A DNA stretch of 64,000 nt from Eledone cirrhosa (Eukaryota), in contig OZ024749.1 of NCBI GenBank assembly GCA_964016885.1, positions 33,046,001 to 33,110,000 of the forward strand, in the 5' to 3' direction. This document shows, piece after piece, positions 55,184-64,000 of this stretch; position 1 is the first letter of the stretch; every line of letters starts with the position of its first letter. Both the position numbers and the translations under genes were made by a program. The notes under the pieces were generated by a model that worked only from the letters and a program-made list of their open reading frames with translations, searched no databases and was not told where the DNA came from.

Positions 55184-55465
55184 TAGTAATTCATTCACTG
55201 ACCCAAACTCAGATTCAGCCATATACGATGTTGGAAAAGAGAGAATTATTATGGCCATATCAGATAATAAGACTAAATATAGAATTTTAATAATCAGAAT
55301 CCAGTCGTTGCCATTTTATCATGCACATATATTCAGCCTTCATTTCATCATAATTCAATTAACTTTTTTCGATTTTCCTCTTGAGCTGAAACAAGCTTAA
55401 GGGATTCTGAACAGATAAAGAAATATACTATCTCAAATAAATTAGCCTGTTTAAATATGAAACCA

Positions 55466-55496
<31 letters not shown>

Positions 55497-55762
55497 TTAA
55501 AAGAATAGAGGTGTAACACACGAGTTATGATATATTGGTAAACGGAAAAGAAAATGCTGACAAATTGTTCACAGTGAAAAATAGTTTAATTAGGAATAAG
55601 TGAAAATTAGTAATAGTATTGGTTAGTATTCAGTTTTGGTTTTAAGTTTTACCGGTTGCGCATTTCTAATGCTTTTCAAAAATAATTTTGAGATAGAGCG
55701 TCCGTGATGTTTGCTCTTAATCAGATTAGAGCAAACATCACGGACGCTCTATCTCAAAATTA

Positions 55763-55798
55763 TTTTTGAAAAGCAGAAGAACTGCGAAACCGGTAAAG
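55763..55798 (+). ncRNA. Minimal hammerhead motif with U3-A8 core variant, in fold-back element 55535-55810
   Basis: TTT-TTGAAAA-GCAG-AAGAA-CTGC-GAAA-CCGG-TA-AAG. Confidence 0.5.
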
Positions 55799-55941
55799 GA
55801 ACCAAATAAATATATATATTTAAAAAAAAAAGACTCCAGTTGCATTTTCGATTTCATCTTTTTTCCTTATACTTTCACTCGTGTAGGACACCTCGATACA
55901 TTTTCATTTCGTAAATAAAAACCTCACTTTCTAATAATAAT

Positions 55942-56007
<66 letters not shown>

Positions 56008-56098
56008 AACTATAATTAATTTCTTTCTTTGTGTACTGTACATTTGCATGTGTATAGAAAAAACAACAACTTTTGGTTCATCTTCAAACTTTTATTTC

Positions 56099-56458
56099 TA
56101 TCGGTAGAGGGTCGTACGCCATGCTTTGCAGCAAAGAGTTACGGCCCTTATCATTCTGAGTTCAAATCCCGCCGAGGTTGACTTTGCCTTTCATCCTTAC
56201 GGGGTCGATAAAATAAAGTACCAGTAATGTACTGGGTAATTGCTGGCCTTGTGCCAAAAGTAGAAACAATTATTTCATATATATGGTGGTGGATGGCAGT
56301 ATCTGTAGAGGGTCGGACGCCATGCTTTCCAGTATAGTTACGTCCCTTTACGATCTGAGTTCAAATCCCGCCTAGGTTGACTTTGCCTTTCATCCTTACG
56401 GGGTCGATAAAATAAAGTACCAGTAATGCACTGGCCTTGTGCCTAAAGTAGAAACAAT

Positions 56459-56463
<5 letters not shown>
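56099..56463 (+). mobile_element. Two SINEs of different subfamilies in tandem
   Basis: 56099-56274 and 56285-56463 differ at subfamily-diagnostic positions; both end ACAATTATTTCATATATAT. Confidence 0.85.
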
Positions 56464-56506
<43 letters not shown>

Positions 56507-56511
56507 ACATA

Positions 56512-56603
56512 CAGGGTGTCGCCCCAAAATGTATACATACTCTTATTACCTGTACAGGCAATATTTAGTTGTTGAAGTGTGTATATATTCTTGGGGATAC
56601 CCT
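56512..56603. mobile_element. Tc1/mariner-type MITE
   Basis: TA-CAGGGTGTC...GATACCCTG-TA. Confidence 0.75.
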
Positions 56604-57011
56604 GTATATACATACGTATATATATATATATATATATATAATATAAATAAAGAAGAAGAGTGAGTGAGAGAGAACAACTGGGGAAAAGAGAGATAGAAAG
56701 TTATAGTTAAATACATGTCCGTATATTTATACAATTCAATTTTACCAATGTAACGTAGCTTTAATCGAAACGGCATCTAAGCTGAAAACAGCGTCTCTTG
56801 TGAGACATGAAGACAATAGAAGATAATTCTTGTTTCCACGGTTTAACTTATATTTAGAACTCGTTTATTTTTCCACCCCAACAAAACCTTTGTAAAAATG
56901 AGCTCCAGAGCCAACACTATTTATAGATGGATTGCTAATTCAAATGTAGTTGAATTAACAAAAGGAGAGTCAGTTTCGTCTCTCGATAAGCTTTCTTGGT
57001 ATTCAAATATA

Positions 57012-57192
57012 ATAACTGTTTCTACTTTAGGAACAAGGCCAGCAATCACCCAGTGCCTTACTGGTACTTTATTTTATCGACCCCGTAAGCATGAAAGGCA
57101 TAGTCAACCTCGGCGGGATTTGAACTCAGATCATAAAGGGACGTAACTATGCTGGAAAGCATGGCGTCCGACCCTCTACCGATACTGCCAAT
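57012..57192 (-). mobile_element. tRNA-derived SINE, major family
   Basis: Homology to other copies. Confidence 0.88.
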
Positions 57193-57527
57193 AACTCCAG
57201 GTAATTATAGCCTCCGGCAAATATAAGAACTTATAATATAGTATTTCGACAACTCTAAATCTTTGAATTTTAAAACGCTAGGTAGTCAGTAAGGCGATGT
57301 TTTGGTAGAGGCGTTAGAGCGTCAGATTAAAATCCTTCCTATTTTATATATATAGCCAAAGACAATGTGGTTTTTAGTTCGAATCCCACCGCGGTCAACT
57401 TTAGCTTTCGATAAATTCATATGTATCAATTGAAAGGGATGAAGATTTAGCAGGACCATTAAAGGAGATGCGTCTTAACAATTTGACTATATTTGTATTG
57501 TACACACACACACATATATATGTATAT

Positions 57528-57995
<468 letters not shown>

Positions 57996-58039
57996 GGAAG
58001 CTGTGGTAAAAGATACCTAAGATTACACGTCATATTATA

Positions 58040-58070
<31 letters not shown>

Positions 58071-58148
58071 CTTATTGGCAACATAACAATATCGGTTTCA
58101 ACACACGTTTTCAGATAAAGAATCTTGCTAAACAAATTCAGAAACGAA

Positions 58149-58183
<35 letters not shown>

Positions 58184-58397
58184 ATTAAAATAGCAAATTA
58201 AAGTTTAAGCAAAGAATCGGTGCTTTCACCCTTAACGGTATCTTCATAAGCTCCCGTTATAAGTGAAAGCAGCGATTCTTTGCTTAAACTTTAATCTGTT
58301 ATTTTAATAAATATTTGCTCTACGGTTCTTATATATTTGATATATATTTATCCTTATCGAGCCCTCTTTGGATTTTAGTCTTCACATTTATTATTAT

Positions 58398-58438
<41 letters not shown>

Positions 58439-58441
<3 letters not shown>

Positions 58442-58923
58442 GGATGTCGGTGAGCATGTCCAGCCAACCTCAGTCTCCTCTGTGTCACTTTTGAGCTGAC
58501 TTTTGGGATGCTCCCATACAGCTCTGAGTTTTTCATCCTCAGTGTATACTGATTAATGTTCAGAGCCATCCTCAGCATTCTCGTGTAGCACCCATCCACC
58601 ATCTGAGTGAGTCTCTTGGTCAGTGTCCAAGTCTCAGACCCATACAGCAGCACAGACTCCACTACAGCAATGAAGAGGCGGATTTTCAGGTCTCTACGAA
58701 GGTCCTCGACATGCTCACCGACATCCAGAGTTGACATTGCACTCAGTGCTCCTTTGGGAGCCCCTACATGGACACACTAGAAGAGGAAGACCAAGGTTAA
58801 CATATGTTGATGCCCTAAGGACAGACACTGGTCTGTTGGAGATGCAGGATATGGCAGCGATAATGAGGGACAGAGACCGCTGGAGAGAACTCGTCCATGG
58901 ATCTCGGGAATTTTACCCGCCTT

Positions 58924-58926
<3 letters not shown>
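58439..58926 (+). mobile_element. 5'-inverted RTE-group LINE insertion in (TA)n
   Basis: 58439-58700 minus strand encodes the upstream part (LLYGSETW..AGHAHRHP); 58708-58925 plus strand encodes the continuation (HAHRHPEL..FYPP*). Confidence 0.9.
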
Positions 58927-58973
<47 letters not shown>

Positions 58974-59151
58974 ATATATATATAAGTGAGGTTGTGCTGA
59001 AAATCTCACTGGAGTTGACAATCCGTTGGGTGAAACGTGCGTCCTCAAGTATGGTTTGCTAATTTGTTGCGGACCCAACTACACCGATCTCGTCCTATGG
59101 ACTGAGTGCTCTCCTTACTACGGATATAACCTCCCCCCGGTATTTTACCAC

Positions 59152-59183
<32 letters not shown>

Positions 59184-60238
59184 GGTATATGTATATATAT
59201 ATGTGTGTGGGTATATGTATATATATATGTGTGTGTGTATATGTATATATATATGTGTGTATATGTATATATATATGTGTGTGTATGTATATATATATGT
59301 GTGTATATGTATATATATATGTGTGTATATGTATATATATATGTGTGTGTATGTATATATATATGTGTGTGTATGTATATATATATATGTGTGTATATGT
59401 ATATATATATGTGTGTGGGTATATGTATATATATATGTGTGTGGGTATATATATATATATGTGTGTGTGTATATGTATATATATATGTGTGTGTATGTAT
59501 ATATATATGTGTGTATATGTATATATATATGTGTGTATATGTATATATATGTGTATGTATATGTATATATGTGTATGTATATGTATATATGTGTATGTGT
59601 GTATGTATATATGTGTATGTATATGTATATATGTGTATGTGTGTATGTATATATATATGTGTGTATATGTATATATGTGTGTGTATATGTATATATATGT
59701 GTGTATATGTATATAAATATGTGTATATGTATATATCTATATACGTTATGTATATATGTGTATATATATATATGTGTGTATATGTATATATATGTATATA
59801 TGTATATATATATATATATATATGTGTGTGTATATATATGTGTGTGTGTATATATATGTGTGTGTGTATATATATGTGTGTGTGTGTGTATATATATGTG
59901 TGTGTGTATATATATGTGTGTATATATATGTGTGTATATATATATATGTGTGTATATATATATATATGTGTGTATATATATATATATATATGTGTGTATA
60001 TATATATATATATGTGTGTATATATATATATGTATGTGTGTATATATATATATATATATGTGTGTATATATATATATATATGTGTGTATATATATATGTG
60101 TGTATATATATATATATATGTGTGTATATATATATATATATATGTGTGTATATATATATATATGTGTGTATATATATATATATGTGTGTATATATATATA
60201 TGTGTGTATATATATATGTGTATATATATATATATTAT

Positions 60239-60848
60239 GTCAGGTCACCAGTTGGTGCTACTGGTAACATGTATTCCAGTACAACCTGTCTCATGGTCGG
60301 GTCGTTGGCGACTAAACTGGCAACCCCACCAAGGTTTCTTGGTGAGGAGGGTGACTTTGGACATCCTGCAGGACTAAAAACAAAACCTGTCAAAGGGCAA
60401 AGGAGCTCTTAAGAGTCAATGGCCATCCAAAATCACCGGGAGAGATGACCCCTTAGCCTTTGTCAAGGCAGAATTCTAGGAGAAGGAAAACTCTGATATA
60501 ACACCTGCGACTCTGATGGTATCCAATGATGTTGACTTGTTCTTCTTTTTGGTAAATATCATCTTGGTTAAGAGAGTGGGACTGGCTTTGTGCAGTGCCT
60601 TTGCTCACTATAAAAGCTTCACGGCACAGGCATTGCTTTATATCTGGAGATCTCTCTGCACTTGTCGTCACATGGTACCATGGGCCCAGCACTATGTGTC
60701 AATAATTGTCACAAGTGTAGTGTTTGTTCCAGAGTTTTCAAGTCGCTGGCTGGACTAAAAAGTCACACCCGTTCGGCGCATCGGTAGGGGTTCTCCTATA
60801 TGGATATAAAGTAGTGGCCGTACTCGAGAACGAGTTGGCAGCCACCAT
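60239..60848 (+). mobile_element. Bipartite (internally deleted) non-autonomous RTE element
   Basis: ~400 bp RTE 5'UTR-like part (CTAGGAGAAGGAAAACTCTGA) joined to a 3' end encoding a terminal C2H2 finger [23 protein letters not shown]. Confidence 0.65.
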
Positions 60849-61283
60849 ATATATATATGTGTGTATATATATATATATGTGTGTATATATATATGTGTGT
60901 ATATATATATATGTGTATATGTATATAGATATGTGTATATATATATATATGTGTATATATATATATATGTGTATATATATATATATATGTGTATATGTAT
61001 ATATATATATGTATGTATATATATATGTGTATGTATATATATATGTGTATGTATATATATATGTGTATGTATATATATATGTGTATGTATATATATATGT
61101 GTATATATATATATATGTGTATATGTATATATATATGTGTATATGTATATATATGTATGTATATATATGAATATATGTGTATATATATATGTGTATATAT
61201 ATATGTGTATATATATATGTGTATATATATATGTGTATATATGTGTATATATGTGTATATATGTGTATATATGTATATGTATA

Positions 61284-61324
<41 letters not shown>

Positions 61325-61817
61325 ATATATATGTATATATATGTATATATATATCTATATGTATATATATGTATATATATATCTATATATATGTATATAT
61401 ATGTTTATATATATATATATATATGTATATATATGTATATATATATATCTATATGTATATATATGTATATATATGTATATATATATATCTATATGTATAT
61501 ATTTGTATATATATATATATATATGTATATATATGTATATATATATATCTATATGTATATATATGTATATATATATATATATATGTATATATATGTATAT
61601 ATATGTATATATATATATATATATGTATATATATGTATATATATATATGTGTATATGTATATATATATATATATATGTATATATATGTAAAGTTATATTT
61701 AAAATTGTTGGGTTACAACTAGTAAATATTTATAACTGATATAAAAGCACTCGACAAATATTTGGAGTATATTTACAATATTAAATAAATGGAAAACTAT
61801 ATTTATAAAACCATATT

Positions 61818-61883
61818 TATTTCATTATATATATTTCGGGGATATCATATTAACAATATGCTATGCCTTCATCAGACAAAATA
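61818..61883 (-). ncRNA. Type I hammerhead ribozyme motif (family A) in element 61690-62040
   Basis: TATTTTGT-CTGATGA-AGGCATAGCATATT..AATATGATATCCCC-GAAA-TATATA-TA-ATGAAATA; partial inverted copy at 61969-62040. Confidence 0.72.
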
Positions 61884-62076
61884 CAATATAAACAGTTTTA
61901 TAGATAAATATATTCGACATACCGTAATAAACATCGACTTCATTTGAAGAGGTTTACGCTAGCAGTAAATATCCCCGAAATATATATAATGAAATAAATA
62001 TGGTTTTATAAATATAGTTTTCCATTTATTTAATATTGTATATGTATATATATGTATATATATATATGTGTATATG

Positions 62077-62127
<51 letters not shown>

Positions 62128-62866
62128 GAATATATATATGTGTATATATATATATGAATATATATATGTATATATATATATATATATATACATGTGTGTG
62201 TATATATATATATGTGTATATATATGTGTGTATATATATATATGTGTGTAAATATATGTGTGTATATATATATATGTGTGTATATATATATGTGTATATA
62301 TATATGTGTGTATATATATATGTGTGTATATATGTGTATATATGTGTATATATATATATGTGTATATATATATGTGTGTATATATGTGTGTATATATATG
62401 TGTGTATATATGTGTGTATATATATATGTGTGTATATATGTGTGTATATATATATGTGTGTATATATATGTGTATATATATATGCGTGTATATATATGTG
62501 TATATATATATATATGTGTGTATATATATATGTGTATATATATATATATGTGTGTATATATATGTGTGTATATATATATATATGTGTGTATATATATGTG
62601 TATATATATATATGTGTGTATATATATGTGTATATATATATATGTGTGTATATATATGTGTATATATATATATATGTGTGTATATATATGTGTATATATA
62701 TATATGTGTGTATATATATGTGTATATATATATGTGTATATATATGTGTATATATATATATATGTGTATATATATATGTATATATATATATATGTGTATA
62801 TATATATATATGTATATATATGTGTGTATATATATGTGTCTTTCCATCTCTCACTCTCTCTATCTA

Positions 62867-62899
<33 letters not shown>

Positions 62900-63016
62900 A
62901 TCACTCCCTCCCTCTATCACTCACTCTTTCTCTCCCTCTTTATCTCTCTCTCTCTCTCTCTCCCTCTTTATCTCTCACTATCTCTCTATCTCTCTATCTA
63001 TCTCTGCCTTTTTATC

Positions 63017-63055
<39 letters not shown>

Positions 63056-63755
63056 TATGGCTGAAATTGCAGTAAAGGACACTTGCCCAAAACCCAAATT
63101 TCCCGCAGCGGATACGAACCCGTAATTTCATATTTCCGAAACAAACTTCATTACAATAAGACCTTAGTTGTGTCCTATATACAGTGCACACATATGGAGA
63201 CGGTGTCATTATTCACAGAAAAAACATTACTTAATATCCTTGTGAAATTTTACAGTTAATGTACACAATAGACTGGTAAAATTCCGATGTTTTAACTACT
63301 TCTAAGATTACTACAATATAAACCTTCATAGGAAATGATCTGGTTTAAATTTCAACGTCAGCTCTGGGAAATACCAACATAATCTCAGTTAAGATTAAGT
63401 CTATTGTTGTATCTTTTATATATTTCCTTAATCGTGTTGTTTGAGAAAGGATTGAGATAGTTATCGAAAGTACTCCATTTCTGTAATTGATGCCGTCTAA
63501 CATATACACAGCCATCCATCCGACCATCCGGCCATCCGGCATCCGGCCTATAAATGTGTGTATGTTTAAATAATATATGCATGTATAGTGTATAGTATAT
63601 ATACATGTATGATGTATGTGACTGTATGCATACATGTATGTATGTATGTATGTATGTATGTATGTATGTATGTATGTATGTATGTATGTATGTATGTATG
63701 TATGTATGTATGTATGTCAGGTCACCAGTTGGTGTGTATATATATGTATATGTGT

Positions 63756-64000
63756 GTCAGGTCACCACTTGGTGCTACTGGTAACATGTATCCCAGTACA
63801 ACCTGTCTCATGGTCGGGTCGTTGGCGACTAAAGTGGCAACCCCACCAAGGTTTCTTGGTGAGGAGGGTGACTTTGGACATCCTGCAGGACTAAAAACAA
63901 AACCTGTCAAAGGGCAAGGGAGCTCTTAAGAGTCAATAGCCATCCAAAATCACCGGGAGAGATGACCCCTTAGCCTTTGTCAAGGCAGAATTCTAGGAGA
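63756..64000 (+). mobile_element. Second copy of the bipartite RTE-like element (cut by window end)
   Basis: Near-identical to 60239-60483. Confidence 0.85.

Larger units (their letters stand above)
59152..62838. repeat. Long compound (TA)n(TG)m arrays (59152-60235, 60849-61688, 62038-62838)
   Basis: Direct reading. Confidence 0.95.

Noticed and set aside
60700-60790. C2H2 zinc finger as a host zinc-finger gene exon
   Set aside because: Single terminal finger embedded in a repeated RTE-like element just before its 3' end.
63345-63520. Minus-strand ORF segment MLDGINYRNGVLSITISIL.. as a coding exon
   Set aside because: No recognisable motif or clear splice context.

Overview
Gene-poor, AT-rich eukaryotic repeat DNA, most likely from an octopus or other cephalopod (inferred from the SINE and LINE types). 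No host protein-coding exon can be supported; nearly all ORF-track entries are microsatellite translations. The window is a mosaic of (TA)n/(CA)n/(GA)n/(TATC)n microsatellites, 55-, 41-, 48- and ~25-bp minisatellites, ~25 copies of a tRNA-derived SINE (including a 9-copy head-to-tail array), CORE-like SINEs, RTE, CR1, CRE and L1/Tx1-like LINE fragments, Tc1/pogo MITEs and two decayed Penelope-like (PLE) coding remnants. The main hidden signal is more than 15 type I hammerhead-ribozyme motifs from at least 8 sequence families. They sit in short, often fold-back (inverted-duplicated) elements embedded in (TA)n tracts, and include conserved non-canonical core variants (U4A; U3-A8). All folds were assessed by eye and boundaries are approximate.
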